The notes below the pieces were generated by a model. That model searched no databases, had not been told where the DNA came from, and was given only the letters and a program-made list of their open reading frames with translations. The translations under genes were made by a program, and so were the position numbers. From Mobula hypostoma (taxonomy: Eukaryota): DNA of 64,000 nt. The number at the start of each line of letters is the position of its first letter. Position 1 is the first letter of the stretch. Of the stretch, positions 35,640 to 50,062 are shown piece after piece. Location: contig NC_086097.1 in NCBI RefSeq assembly GCF_963921235.1, forward strand, positions 168,208,001 to 168,272,000, given 5' to 3'.

Positions 35640-38600
35640 GATTAAGAGCTTACAAAAGTTGTTTGGAGTAGGTAGTTTGTTGGGCAGATGGTCTACAGTC
35701 AAGTGGGAGGCTTTTAAAGGTGAGATTTGCGAGTTTAAGGTCGGCATATTCCTGTTAAGAGTCAAACACAAGGCTAGCAGGAATAAGAAAACCTTGAAAA
35801 TGAGGGAGACTGAGGCCCTGGCAAGGCAAAAGAAGATGGCATAGGTCAGGTACAGGCGATGGGGATCAAGTGAATCCTGGGAGGAATATAGGGGATGTAA
35901 AAGTGTTCTCAAAAAGTAAGTCAGGAAGGAAAAATGGGAACACGAAATAACTTTGGCAGAAAAGATTAAGGAAAATCCAAAGAATTTTACAAGTCTATGA
36001 AGGGAAAAAAAGTAACACTAGAGAGAATAAGGTCTCTCAGAGACTAGGGGACACACTTGTGTGGAGCCACAGGAGATGGGCAAGGTCCTAAATGAATTTT
36101 TCTCCTCAGTTTTTACAGTGGAGGGAAACATAAAGACTTTGGAACTAGGAAAACTTAAATCGAGAGATCTTGGGAAAATTCACCATTACAGTAGAGAAGG
36201 TGCTGAATGTCTTAAAAGGCACAAAGACCATAAAACCATAAGACATAGGAGCAGAATGCGGTCATTTGGCCCATGGCATCTGTTCTGTCATTCTATAGCA
36301 AGGGGGTTTCGTCTTTTATGTTACTGCGGAGGCTAATTAAAATGGCGTCTTTGTTATGTTATAATCGGGAATGCTTCTTTGTTATGCTAAACGCTGAGAA
36401 AGTTTGCGCTAGCAGCTTGTTTTGGTTTAGAGTGTGATAAGAAATATGTTATTAACCAATTGGGATAGCTGTTATGGTTTTGGTGTATTTGAAGATACTG
36501 TATGTGCGGGGTTTTGGGGCAGAAGGCGGGAGAGCGAGGCAGAGGATGGACGAGGTGCTGTGATGTCCGCTAACGGGGTCGGACCCCAAGGAGGGCGTTC
36601 GGTGAGGAGACGGAGACGAACTCGTGTGGAGCGTCTGGTCGACCACTGTTGTTGGTCCCAGGCAGCCGGTCAAGGTGATCTGAGGGGTTGCAGGGTGAAG
36701 AAGAAGGTCCTTGAGCTCCAACTGTTTTGTGCACGAAGAGATTGAACTTTGATAAGTGTGGTGCCTTTTATTTTCCTTTTATATTTTATTCTCTCTTAAT
36801 TATATAGTTCCAGTAATATCTATAAACTGTAAATCATTTGATCGTATCTGGTGTATTGTCTGTTATTTGGGCGGGGTGGGGTGCATCTCACAGCATCCAC
36901 ACAATCTAATTACGCAGTCTGGTGGGGCCGAGGCTGTTTCCCTAGACGACAGCGAGCCGACCAACCCTGAGGCTGATTTATTATCCTTCTCAGCCCCATT
37001 CTTCTACCTTCCTCTTGTAACCCTTACTGGCTACCTAACATTCATACTTACCTTTTCTTTCCTTATTGTTTTTCTTAGTATTTTCTGTTGTTTTTTTAAA
37101 AGCTTCACTATCCTCTAGCTTATCACTAATTTTTTGCTATATTACATGCCCTCTCTTTTGCTTTTGTGCAGTCTTTGACTGCCTTGTCAGCCACAGTTGC
37201 CTCATCCTCCCTTTAGAATACTTCTTCATCTTTGGGATGTATCTAAACCTCCCGAATTGCTCCCAGAAACTCCAGCTATTGATGTATGCCATGCAGCCAT
37301 GAAGGTTGACAAATCTCCAGAGCCTGACAACTGTTCTTATACAAAAACACTGTGGAAGCTAAACAAGAAATTACAGGAACCTTTGCTGAAATATTTACAT
37401 CATTCTTAGCCACAGGTGTGGAGCTGGAGGGTGGCAAATTTGGTGCTTTTATTTATGGACTGCAAAGAAACGCCTGGGAATGATAGGTTTAAAATTGATG
37501 ATAGGTAAGTGACTGGAGATGATTCTGAAGGATATGCTATACATCCATCTGGAAAGACAGGACTTAATCAGAGGTCATCAGCATGGCTTTGTGCATGGAA
37601 GATCATACCTTACAAACTTGATTAGAGTTTTTTTTTGATGAAGCATCCAAGAAAGGCCTTTGATATGGTTCCATGTGGTAGGTTGCTCTAGACGTTTAGA
37701 TCGCATGGAATCTAGGGAGAGCTGGCTAATTGGATACACAATTGACTTGATGTTAGAAAGCAGACCTGTGACCAATGGTGTGCCTCAGGGAGCAGTACTG
37801 GGACCATTGTTGTTCAGCGTCAACATTAACAATTTGGATAAGAACGTTAGTACATTTCCAAACAAACTAAAACAGGTAATATAATGGACAATGAAGGAGA
37901 TTATCACAATTTACAAAGGGATCCTGATCAGCTGAGTGAGTGGGCTGAGGAATGGCAAATAGAGTTTAATTCAGATAAAGGTGAGGTGATGCATTTTGGA
38001 AAGTCAAATCCAAGTAGGACTTCCACAGTGAATGACAGGGCTGTGAGTGTGTTGTAGAACTGGGGAATCTTAAGATTGCAAGTACATGGTTCACTGAAAG
38101 TTGGAGTCACAGGTGAACAAGGTGGTGAAGAAGGCTTTTAGGATGCTGGCCTTCTTAAGTCAGGGTATTGAGTATAAAAGTTGGGAGTTCATGATGCCCT
38201 TTTACAGGACACTGGTAAGGCCAGACTTGGAGTATTGCTTTCCATTTTGATTGTCCTGCTGGAGGAAAGATGATATTAAACTGAAAATAGTGCAGCAAAG
38301 ATTTACAAGGATGCTGCCAGGGTTTGAGGGATGGAGTTGTATGGAGAGGTTGGACAGGTGAGGACTTTGTTCCTTTGGAGACTGAGGGGTGACCTTACAG
38401 AGGTATATGAAATCATGAGGGGCATAGACAGGGTGAATGTACACAGCCTTTTTCCTAGAGTTTGGGAATCAAGAACTAGAGGACATAAGTTTAAGATCGG
38501 AGGGTAAAGATTGAAGAAAAACTTGAAGGGCAGCCTTTTTACACAAAGGTTGGTATCTATGTGGAACCAGCTGCCGACTTTTAAAAGACAGTTGGATCAG

Positions 38601-38740
38601 AACATGGATAGGAAAGGGTGGGAAGGCTATGGACCAAATAGTGACAAAAGGGACAATTTTGAATAGGGCTTTTTGGTCATCATGGACAGGTTGAGCCAAA
38701 GGTCCTGCTTTCATGCTGCATTAACTCTATGTCTCTCTGA
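35640..38740 (+). mobile_element. Old fragmented CR1 LINE, interrupted by an inverted CR1 end and a probable LTR (~36220-37295)
   Basis: IKENPK, VLNEFFSSVFT, KSPEPD, QHGFVHGRSYLTNL, GVPQGAVLGPLLF, WQIEFNSDK, TRGHKFK peptides. Confidence 0.8.
36294..36972 (+). mobile_element. Probable solo LTR inserted in a CR1 3' UTR
   Basis: CpG-rich ~680-bp block interrupting CR1 sequence, with AAAATGGCG, CCAAT and TATAAA motifs. Canonical TG..CA termini and a TSD are not clearly preserved. Confidence 0.45.
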
Positions 38741-40420
38741 TTTTTTGTGCAGGTAGGTAGATTAATTGTAAGTTGTCTCTGGTTAGCGGGTGAGAACTAG
38801 TAGTTTGGAGAAGTGGGTGGGAGTTGCGGGAGGTGGAAATAATAATGTGCAATTGTAGCTACCAAAGGAACTTCCAGACACTTTCAGAGCAAAGGAAAAT
38901 ATGTAAAACACTGGGAAAATTCAGCAAAGGAGGACCAAAGTAAAGAAAATTAGTGCTTGAGAGTCAGCTAGCAGAAAACATTAAACCAGGCGATGGGAGT
39001 TGTTGTGGACAGGTAATAAAGAAAAGAACAGCAATACAGCAGAAAACAACAGCAACATAGCAGAAATTACTGGGTAATGATGAAATGGCGAGAAATTAAA
39101 CACGATTTGTGTCTGTCTTCATAAAACTAGAGGAAAGTGTCCAAAATTAATGGAGATCTACAAGCCCAAAGTGAATGGCACACTCAAAGAAATGAGCAAT
39201 GGTAAAAAACTTAGGACTGGAGAAAATAGAATGACGGAACGCTGATGAATCCCCAGGAGCTGAGGGTCCATATCCGAATGTTTTAAAGGAGGTGACTATG
39301 TAGAAAGCAATGCAATGGTTATCATCTTCTCAACTTACATAGGTTCTAGGATAGTCCCCACTGATCGAAAAATAATGTAAACCCATTATCTAAGAAGGAA
39401 GGGATAAGGAAAACAGGGAGTTATAGACTGGTTAGACATCAGAAGTAGGGAAGAAATTTATTCTTAAAGTGGTTACATGTACTTCAAAAATGATGGAGAC
39501 AAGAGTCTGGAGCAACAAGCAAAATGCTGGAGGAACTCAACAGGGTAAGCATCATCTGTACAGGGAATTGATCAGTCAGCATTTCAGGTCAAGGCCCTAC
39601 TCTCGACCTGAAATGGTAACTGTCCTTTTATCTACAGACATCCCCTGACCTACTGAGTTCCTGCACATTTAGTTCGTTACTCATTGGGAAATAATATATA
39701 GGAATGGGCAGATTCAACATGGATTTATAAAGAGGAATCATATTCGACAGGCCTTTGGAACTGTTTATGGCTATGGTTCCAGTGCAGATCGCTAGGAGTA
39801 GGCAGTTTAAATGGCTCAGCTTGGACTAGATGGGCTGATGGCCCTAATTCTGTGCTGTACTTTTCTATGACTTTATAATTAGCAGAACTGCAGTGAAATG
39901 TTACACCAGCAATCATTGAGCAAATTTGAGTGCATAGTATTGGTTTTAATATACTGGTATGGGTTGAGAATTAGTCAGCAGAGAGATCATTGTCAACCTG
40001 GGATGCTGAGACTGCAATAGGTCCTGAGACACCAACACATCTGATCACAATCTATATCTCAATCTGAATAAGGAATCAAGTGTAATATCTCCTACAAGGG
40101 AACCCTTCCTGATGAAGGGTTTCAGACCGAAACATGGACTATTTACTCTCTTCCATAGATGCCACCTGGCCTGCTGAGTTCCTCTAGCATTTTGTATGTG
40201 TTACTCAGGATTTCCAGCATCCGCACTAGTTAGCTAATAATGTAAAGCTAGGTATAATGTGGACGGTCACAATCTGTGTCCCAGAATAGAGGAGCCTAAA
40301 AATAGTAGGCATAGGTATAAGTTGGGATAAGGGGTTCTGAGGGGCACCTTTTTCACACATAAGGTGCTGGGGATGTGGAACGAGCTGCCAGAGGAAATGG
40401 TAGAAGAGGGTACAATTACA

Positions 40421-40923
40421 ATAGAAACAAAGAAAAACCTACAGCACAATACAGGCCCTTCGGCCCACAAAGCTGTGCCGAACATGTCCTTCCTTAGAAC
40501 TACCTAGGCTTACCCATAGCCCTCTATTTTTCTAAGCTCCACGTATCCATCCAGGAGTCTCTTAAAAGACCCTATCGTTTCCACCTCCGCCACTGTCGCC
40601 AGCAGCCCATTCCACACACTTATCTCTCACTGCATAAAAAACTTACCCCTGACATCTCCTCTGTAGCTACTTCCAAGCACCCTAAAACTATGCCCTCTCG
40701 CATTAGCCACTTCAGCCCTGGGAAAAAGCCTCTGACTATCCACATGATCAATGGCTCTCATTATCTTGTACACCTTCTATCAGGTCACCTCTCATCCTCC
40801 GTCACTCCAAGGAGAAAAGGCCGAGTTCACTCAACCTGTTCTCATAAGGCATGCTCCCCAATCCAGGCAACATCCTTGTAAATCTCCTCTGCACCCTTTC
40901 TATGGTTTCCACATCCTTCCTGT
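40421..40923 (-). mobile_element. CR1 3' fragment nested in an opposite-strand CR1 fragment (~40265-41000)
   Basis: Reverse-strand CR1 3' UTR and ORF2 end; the host CR1 sequence resumes at ~40924. Confidence 0.75.
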
Positions 40924-41094
40924 ATATTTAAAAGACATTTGGATAGAAAAGGTTGAGAGGGATATGGGCCAAATGGATCTAGCTCAGGTAGGCACCTTGT
41001 TGGAAGTGATCTTCTAGCACACTCCGCCACTGAGTTCTGCAGTAGAGCAGTGACGTGGTGAGGGAGGGGAGAAGCACTTCACACCTGCCTCTGA

Positions 41095-41730
41095 AAAAAG
41101 TAAATTTATTATCAATGTACATACATACAGTATATGTCACCATATACAACCCTGAGATTCTTTTTCTTGCAGGAATTTACAGGGAAAAAATAAATACCAT
41201 AGGATTTATTAAAAACTATGCATAAACAAACACTGACAAATAACCAAAGTGCAAAAGAAGGCAAATAGTGCAAAAATGTAATTCTGAGATTGTGAGTTAT
41301 AGAGTTCTTGAAATTGCGTCTGTAGGCTGTGCAATCAGATCAGAGTCGAAGTGTGTGAACTTACCTACACCATTTTAGGAGCCTGATGATGGTGGGGTAG
41401 AACTGTTCCTGAACTTGGTGTTGAGGGACCTAAAGCTTCTGTGCCTCCTGCCTATTGGCAATAGCAAGAGGAGAGCATGGCTTGGATGATGGATGCTGTG
41501 CTCTTGTGGAATCACTCCATGTAAATGGGCTCAATGATGCGGAGAGCTTTGCCTGTGATGAGCTACTTTCTGTAGACTTTTCCGTTCCTGGGCATTGGTG
41601 TTTCCATACCAGGCTGTGAGTATCAGGATACTCTCCACTGTGCAGCTATTGAAGTTTGTTGAAGTTTTAGATGACATGCCAAATCTGCTTAAATTTCTAA
41701 GAAAGTGGAGGCACTGTTGTGCTTTGTTTG
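41095..41730 (-). mobile_element. Rex1/Babar-type LINE 3' fragment
   Basis: KAQQCLHFLRNLSRFGM...ESIL..AWYGN..ERKSLQKV peptide. Confidence 0.7.
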
Positions 41731-42587
41731 CTGCCTCCTTTCTATTACAGTGACCAGAACTTTGCACTTTCATCCAAGCGTGGTCTCACCACTGACTTGT
41801 TCAGCTGGAACATGACATCCCAACTCCTGTACTTAAAGCCCTGACCGACAAAAGTATGTGTGCAGAATGCCTTTCTCTTCACTCTTTCAACACAGTTATA
41901 CATGGGTGAATGTGTAAAGTGTCACTGCCCTCCTTGCTTGATAAACCTCTTGTGAAGTACAATGCGACATCCTGCTGAATTAAATGTGCTCCCTAATGCA
42001 CATCATTGGGCCAGATATCTCCCTGTGTAATCAGCTGGTCTCCAATTCCATATCCAATTACAGAACACAACAAACAGGCCTCAGAAAGCCCAGTGCTCAG
42101 CATAGGCAAAAGCCAGCACAGTGAGCTTGGCCGCTTCACTGATCTTTGCATTCCAAGCATTCATCAGACTTTACATCAGAAACAATACAGCTCTCCACAT
42201 GTCTACTCTAGTCTGCAGGACAGTACATCTCTTTACTAACTGGCTAAGATAACATTGACTGGAAAACACCCTGAAATTTCCAGCATCTCCTCTAATTTGC
42301 AGTTGTTTTAATTCTGTACGCCAGTGGAGCCTCAGTAAGTTTGATGCTGCAGGCTATGGACTATACATGGGTATTTATTATCGTTCTACCAATGTAAGTC
42401 AAACACCACCTTTGGTGTGGCTAAAGCCTGACACACAAAAATTTTCATGTTTGGGGCCATGACACCCTGAGCTCACTGAAATCAGATAGACCAGTGGATC
42501 TCACTGGAGTGGCAATAGTTATCTGCAGTAACTCTCCCAGAAGGATCAGAGAGTGTCAGTGGAGGCCTCCTCATTAGGCCTGATGCC

Positions 42588-42682
42588 TGTGTGTGTGTGT
42601 GTGTGTATGTGTGTGTGAAAAAAAATGTGTGTTTGTGTGTGAGGGCTTGTGTGTATGGGTGTACATAATAGTGTGAGTGTGA
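42588..42682. repeat. (TG)n-rich microsatellite
   Basis: Interrupted GT dinucleotide runs. Confidence 0.85.
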
Positions 42683-43699
42683 GAATTAGAATTGGTTTAT
42701 ATATGACATGAAATCTGTTGTTTCAGCAGTGGTACAGTGCAAAGGTATAACATTAGGATAAATAACAACACAGAGAAATAGTGCAGATAAAAGGAATAAT
42801 GAGGTAGAGTTCAGATGAAGGTTCTCAACCTGAAACGTCATCTCTCTGTTTCGTTCCATAGATGCTCTCTGACCTGTTGAGTTCTTTGTGCGTGTTGCCT
42901 TTGAATTGAGTCTGCTTCCATCTTCCTGATTACAACAGCTCACTGGATTAAACCTTTCAGGAGGCCCCGGCAGCAACCTCAGTGTTCTTACATCAGAGAA
43001 CAGGTCTGTGGAAGAGAGTCCCTCTTAATAGGGATATAGTGAGTCCCTCTCATGAAGCAGGTCAGATGGGTTGGAAGCCTGCAATGTGTTTGCTGCTTAT
43101 TTATTAATTGTACTCTGCAACAGTGAAAAAAAGGTTGGTCTTGATTTTTTAATGTAAGGCCAAAGTTCAGGATATAATAGAGCTCAATATAGGTTATTCT
43201 TGGAAGAAGACCCATGAAATCCAATTGACCAGGTGTGGCTTTCTGTAACCGCACATTATTAACTGTGTTTGCCTTTCCTTTATGAAACAAGATTCTCCTG
43301 ATGACAAACCTCATAGCCACACAGTTCTCACTGCACAGTCACTATTGCCGAGAGATGAGTGACAGCACAACTGGCCGCGGGCAGCTGAACCCACCCCTGC
43401 CTTATGGAGAATGTTTGAGCACACACCGTCGTCCGCTGGTTCAAACTGACGCTGCTCCCAGAGACAATTACAAAGTCGCTGCTCACTCTTCAGTGGGAAT
43501 TCTCAACGTTTAATAAGGTGTATTGCTTATTAGTGACCTTGACAACAGTCCTCATCTCATACAGGAGGAATTTGCTTTGTAAATTTGAGACTGTCAGTAC
43601 TACACAGAACAGGAGAGTAATTTTGTGGAAAGTGGAGGGGTACCCTAGGCATTGGTATGGTAGCCTACATAAACGTCTTTCCATATTCCATAAAGGGTA

Positions 43700-44215
43700 G
43701 AATGTAGAACAGTCCAGTGCAGGAACAGTCCTTCAGCCCGTGTTTTCTGTGCCACACACAATGTTAGATTAAATCAAATCCCTTCTGCCTACACATGATC
43801 CATACCCCTCTAATCTTTGTATATTCATGTGCCACCTCAAAGCCTCTGAAATGGCACTTTGTATCTGCTTCCACGACTACTCCTGGCAAACCGTTCCAGG
43901 CACACAAAACTCTGTGTAATAAATTTGCTCAACTTATCCCTTAAACTTTCTCCCTCTCACCTTAAATGCATGTCCTCTTGTAGTTGACATTTCTACCCTG
44001 TCTTTCCTGTCACCACCTTTCAATTTATGAATTTCATTCAGGGCTCTCCTCAGCCTCTGCCTCTCCAGAGAAATGGCTCCAGCTCTGTCCAACCTCTCCA
44101 ATAGCTCATACCCTCTAATCCAGGCGATCCTCTTCAAAACCTCTGCATCCTTCCATCAATGGACTGACCAGAATTGCAAATGGTACTCCCAAATGCGGCC
44201 TAACCCAAGTTTCTT
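43700..44215 (-). mobile_element. Degenerate CR1 3' fragment
   Basis: TTRGHAFKVRGRKFKG peptide and 3' UTR. Confidence 0.75.
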
Positions 44216-45439
44216 GTAGGAACCATGTATAATTTGCTTATGCTTTCCTTGTGAATGCTGCTTCAGTGATGCTCTGTGCCGGTGATGCTGTTGCAAGGAA
44301 GTTTTTCATTGTGCCTCCGCACACATTTACTTGTGCACATGACAATAAACTCAAATTTGACTTTAAATAGCTGAAATACAGAGTCACAGAGCACGACGGC
44401 ATAGAAACAGGCACTTCGGCCCATCCAGTCCATGCCAGCCTGATCTTCTGCCTGCGGCTGGGCCATATCCATCCTTGTACCTATCTGAACTTCTCTTAAA
44501 CTTTGCAACTCAGCTCACTGTTCATTCCACACTCAGGACACCCTCTGAGCGAAGACTTGACTTCTGACAAAGAAAGAGGCCACTTGGTGAACTGAGTTCA
44601 TGCTGGCCTAATTTTCCCTGTAATCTATTCTTCCCATATTCCCAGCATCCCTTCTCAGAATCTAAGATCACGTACACATTTGCAGGCAATTTATCGTGGA
44701 AAGTTAACCTATCGAACAGCAGCTCTTTGGGATGCTGGAGGAAACAAAAGCACCCAGAGGAAATCCAAGAAGTCGGAGGGGAAACATGCAATCTGAGGCC
44801 AAGGTTGAACTTTGGTCACTGGAGCTGTAAGGCAGCAGTCCCACTGCTGTGCCAGTGGAACAAAAGCATGATGGATGATTACTGAGGCTATTCAGCCCAT
44901 TGCCTCTGTCCTTGCCGTTTCAGCTAAACAATGTTTTCCCATCTCTGCTCCTCCCCCATAATCCTGCAATTCCTTTCCGTCTTCTAACCACAGTAGCGTG
45001 TAACAATGAAAGCCACACGTACAAGATGCTGAGCTCCAGTCCTTCCAACTGAAATATGACAGGTACACACATCCCCAGTTTCATGTGGTTCACTGGTGAA
45101 GGTTAGACATCAATTCCATTCTTTACTCCAGAATAATAATGTCCAAACAAGAGACTCCATTTTATCAGATGGGACTTGGTTGTGTCTACAAGGAGTTGCC
45201 ACAGTTCTTGCTCACGTTTCCACACTAGTTGCTTCCTGTGTAGAGTGGACCCTGTAATATGATCGATACACTGAGTGACTGTTAACAAGACAGGTTGTCT
45301 ACTTTGTGGGCGCAAAGGAATCTGGGAGTGTGGCAACAGATTCCAGAAATAGGGAATGCAGTCTCAATAGAAGTGTTTCAACATTTGAGACTGCAAAAAA
45401 GAAACATTTCTTTAGGTCGAGGTATGTAAATTTCTGTAT

Positions 45440-46082
45440 GGGGGGGCGCTGTGGAAATGAGAGGGTGAACAGCTTCAAGTTTCAGGGTTTCAGCATCTTA
45501 GAGGATGTATCTGAGCCTTGCACTTTAATGCAATCATGAAAAAAGCATTGCAGGGGCTCCACTTCATTGGAGTTTCAGGAGATCTGGCAAGTCTCTGAAG
45601 ACTTTTGCAAATTTCTACATGTGTATAGTGGAGAGCATTCTGACTGATTGCATCAGTGCCTGGTACGGAGGCTGTAATGAACAGGATCAAAAGGGGCTTC
45701 AGAGGGTTGTAGACTTAGCCAGTTCCTTCATGGGCACTAGCCTCCCCACTGTCCAGGGCATCTTCAAAAGGCTGTGCATCAAGAAGGTGACATCCATCAT
45801 TAAAGACTACCACCATCCAAGATATACCCTTTTCTTATTACTTACCAGTAGGGAGGAGGTACAAGAGTCTGAGGACCCACTGCCAACGTTTTACGGACAA
45901 CTTCTTCCCCTCCACCATCAGATTTCTGAATGGGCCATAAGCACTACCTTGTTATTCCTTATTTACACTGTTTATTTATTATCTTTTGCAACATCATAAT
46001 TTTTATGTTTTGTATTGCACTGGTGCCACAAAACAACAAACTTTATGAAAAGTCAGTGATAGTAAACCTGATTCTGATTCTG
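45440..46082 (+). mobile_element. Rex1/Babar-type LINE 3' fragment
   Basis: ESILTDCISAWYGGC..QKGLQRVV peptide; (GATTCT)n tail at ~46070-46082. Confidence 0.75.
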
Positions 46083-47479
46083 AGTGGTGAAACAGAATTG
46101 AAGGTACAAGTGGTCTAAATTTCAAAGTTCAAAGTACATTTATTATCCAAGTAGGTAATAAAATACATCATGCAAACAATAAATGCAAGCAAACAGTATT
46201 TTGAAGTGGTCTGTACAGAGAGTCCCATCGTTCACTGTAGTTCAGCACAGAGACAAGTAACTGTCGTGGAGCAGCGATTTGAACCTGCCCATCCCTCACC
46301 TCAGGCCCTGACACCCCGATCTTTTCAATCTGGCCTGGCGCATAAGTCGACATCCAAACATTGGGTTCAAGCAGCCAAGCCAATCAAAGACCCATTATTC
46401 TCTCTTCTTCCACCACCTGTTTGGGAGAAGAACAAAAGCTTGTGAAAAGGCACCACCAGGCTCAAGGACAATTGCTACAAGACTCATGAACTGACCTCTG
46501 TACGATAAAGACGAACTCTTGCACTTACTCCGTAAGTCAATACTATGTACTGTATATTCTGCATTCTGTTATTGCTTTTCCCTTTGTACTACCTTGATGT
46601 ACTGATGTTTGGAATAATCTGTCTGCATGGCACACAAAACAAAGTTTTTTAACTTTTTCTCAGTACATGCAACAATAATAACCAGTTGCCAATTACGACT
46701 ACTCTGGCATTGACTTGCTTAAACTAGCATCAACTGAGTAATCTCCTTTGTTGAGAGATCCAAGATTCCCCTGCATAATAGGTGCTCATTTGGTAATTAT
46801 GCAAATAAACATGTAGGTTGAGTAATTGATTGCTTTAAACATTACCAACAGTGTAGGTGGATGCTGGCAAATCACTTAGTTCAATGGGTAACAAGGGATG
46901 AGGAACAAACTCCATCCATTTGCAGGAATGAATGAGAGAAGCCCTCACAGTCCTGACTCAGAAAGTAGGTACCAGATTGACCATGCATACAAACATAAGC
47001 AAGAAGAGCAGGTGAAGGCCATTCCGCCCATATACCTGCACCACCAATCAGTAGCATCATGCCTGCTCTGACCTTCGTCTCAGCTCTCTTCCCTTCCAAA
47101 TCTTGACTTGTCTAAAATCCAGTGATTTACCCCAGGCTTCAATATATTCAATGATTCCGCCTCCAGAACTCGCTGGGGTAGAGAATTCCAAGCATTCATA
47201 ATGCTTTGGGGGAGAGAAATCCTTTTCAGCTTCAACTGAAAAGGGCAACTCCTTATTCTGAAACCATGTCCATGCTGTTGAATCCCCTCAAGTCTCAGCA
47301 GAACCCTGACAAAGCCCATCAGAACCATACCTGTCATGATGAGATAAAATATAGTACAGGCCCTTTGGCCCACAATGTTGTGCTAACTTTAAACTACTCC
47401 ATGATCAGTCTAACCCTTCCCTCCCACATAGCCCCCTATTTTTCTTTCATCCATGTGCCAATCTAAGAGTCTCTTAGAT

Positions 47480-47635
47480 AGGCATGGTGGCATTACATCT
47501 AGCGTAATGCTTTGTAACATTAGCGATCGGGGTTTGTCTGTAGAGTTTGGACATTCTGGAGTTTGTACATTCTCCTGTGACTGCATGGGATTCCTCTGGG
47601 CATTCCACATCCAATGACATACAGGTTAGTAAATT
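47480..47635 (+). mobile_element. V-SINE (HE1-like) fragment; similar decayed copies near 9590-9670(-), 22250-22400(-), 32830-32960(+), 44640-44850(-), 60200-60340(+)
   Basis: GGAGTTTGTACATTCTCCTGTGACTGCATGGGATTCCTCTGGG resembles the vertebrate V-SINE central domain. Confidence 0.55.
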
Positions 47636-47836
47636 GTGGGCCCCAGAACCAGGGATTGCTTCACAGCCACAAGTTTCACCTGCCAAGCAGAGTGACCCCC
47701 CTCCCTTGTTGGGAAAGACATTATCCCACAAGAGTAAGAAATCCTCCATAGTGATTAAATCTTTAGGCCTGAACAGGATATTCTTATATACACACATTCT
47801 TTATTGAGTTGGAGTTTATAGCTGAGCAGGATGGAG

Positions 47837-47985
47837 TGTTGTGTTAAATAATTCATTACGAGTTATATGGAATGGCATACGCCACCATGCCGCCACCTTG
47901 CTTAAAGACAAAATGTAGATGTTCTCCCAGGCTCCCGTCTTTTTCTTTCAATTAGGTTTATATCTTGGAGTTACAAAACATAACA
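47837..47985. mobile_element. Possible short solo LTR or small TIR element
   Basis: Ends TGTTGTGTT and AACATAACA form an 8/9 inverted match; no TSD seen. Confidence 0.3.
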
Positions 47986-49314
47986 TCTCAGTCCACCATT
48001 CACCTTGGACCCCTGCATCACCTTCCTTCCCTTCTCCATACATGGGAAGTCATGTTGCAGCTGTATAAAACTTTGTTAGTCCACGTCTGGAGTGTTGTGT
48101 GCATTTCTGGAAGTTACATTACAGGAAGGACATGAAGACTCTGTAGAAATGTGGAAGTGTTTACTTGCCTGTATTAGCAAGGCGAGGTTGAACAAACGGA
48201 AATTGTTTTTTCTAGAGTTTTCAAAGCTGAGGAGGCGATTGATAGAAGTTTCTAAAATTATGAGATGCACAAACAGGGAAGATAGCCTGAGCCTTTACCC
48301 TGGGTGTAAATGTCAAATACTGCAGGGCCTAGGTTTAAGCTGAGAGGGGGAAAGTTTAAAGGAGATCTGTTTGGTGAGTTTTTACAGAGAGTAGTAATGT
48401 GCCTGGAATGGGCTGCAGGGGAAGAGGTGACAGGAGATACAATCGCAGTGTTTCGAGGTATTTAGTCAGACATGTGAAAAGACAGGAAAAGGGGAGATAC
48501 GGACCATGTGAAGGCAGTTTAAATTGGCATCATGGTCAGTGCCTGTGCCGAAGGGCCTGTACATGCGATTATAATCTTCGATGTTCTAAGCCGCAGGACG
48601 TAGGCCATCAGGACCAGGAAATCAGTCAGCCCTTGGTTCCATTCATTCTCCTAGTCCTCCTGCTCTGGTGACAGCGTTTTCTGGCTCTCCAAAGTCTACT
48701 CAGCAAGCCATGAGACACCATGTGATCTTTGTTCAGCAATTTGAAGAAGGTGTGAGAAAACAAGATTAACCCAAGGACATAAATGACATCATGTTCTTTT
48801 CCCAAAGATTACTAATCTATTTGTTTGTTGAATGCCTGCAGAGTGGGAGCAAGTTCTTCAGGCGCTGATAAGCTCAGAGCTCTCCCAGACTCCCACAACG
48901 TTCCAGTGAAGATTGATGACGATGAAATAACTGGACTAATTGGGTTAGAGTCCATGGGCATACAAGGTAAATAGTTGCAAAGTGAGGGGTTCATGTCAAT
49001 TAATTATCACATGCGTGACTATTTTCTACTAGAAAAAATACTGAGGTAAGCACCAAGAAGGGCAGTTTTCACAGAGTAACTGAGCAGATTCAGCCTGTGT
49101 ATCACAACCACCTCCCCCCAACACACCGGGTGAGTTGGAGAATCAGAATCACAGCTGATAACATAGGAGCTGAATTTATTGTTAGTTAAGAATTAAAAAC
49201 CATGTAAGATTGTTCAAGTATCAAACCCTGCAGCAGTACATGATTCTTTATTATAGTTTCCAGCATTTATCATATATGTGCAAGTCTTTTGAGATTTCTT
49301 GTAATATGTTTTGT

Positions 49315-50062
49315 AGTACAGGGTAAATGGTAAGGCACTGAGGAACGCAGGAGAACAGCGGGAATACAGATACAAAAATTCCCTAAAAGTGGCGTCACAG
49401 GTAGATAGGGTCGTAAAGAGAGCTTTTGGTACATTGGCCTTTATTAATCAAAGTATTGGGTATAAGAGCTGGAATGTTATGATGAGGTTGTATAAGGCAT
49501 TGGTGAGGCTGAATCTGGAGTATTGTGTTCAGTTTTGGTCACCAAATTACAGGAAGGATATTAATAAGGTTGAAAGAGTGCAGAGAAGGTTTACAAAGAT
49601 GTTGCCGGGACTTGAGAAACTCAGTTACAGAGAAAGGTTGAATAGGTTAGGACTTTATTCCCTGGAGCGTAGAAGAATGAGGGGAGATTTGATAGAGGTA
49701 TATAAAATTATGATGGGTATAGATAGAGTGAATGCAAGCAGGCTTTTTCCACTGAGGCAAGGGGAGAAAAAAACCAGAGGACATGGGTTAAGGGTGAGGG
49801 GGGAAAAGTTTAAAGGGAACATTAGGTGGGGGCTTCTTCACACAGAGAGTGGTGAGAGTGTGGAATGAGCTGCCAGATGAGGTGGTAAATGCAGGTTCTT
49901 TTTTAACATTTAAGAATAAATTGGACAGATACATAGATGGGAGGTGTATGGAAGGATGTGGTCCGTGTGCAGGTCAGTGGGACTAGGCAGAAATTAGTTC
50001 GGCACAGCCAAGAAGGGCCAAAAGGCCTGTTTCTGTGCTGTAGTTTTTCTATGGTTTCTATG
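49315..50062 (+). mobile_element. Young CR1 3' fragment
   Basis: 159-aa ORF with LEYCVQFWSPNYRKDI..VQRRFTKMLPGL..TRGHGL; TTCTATG tail. Confidence 0.9.
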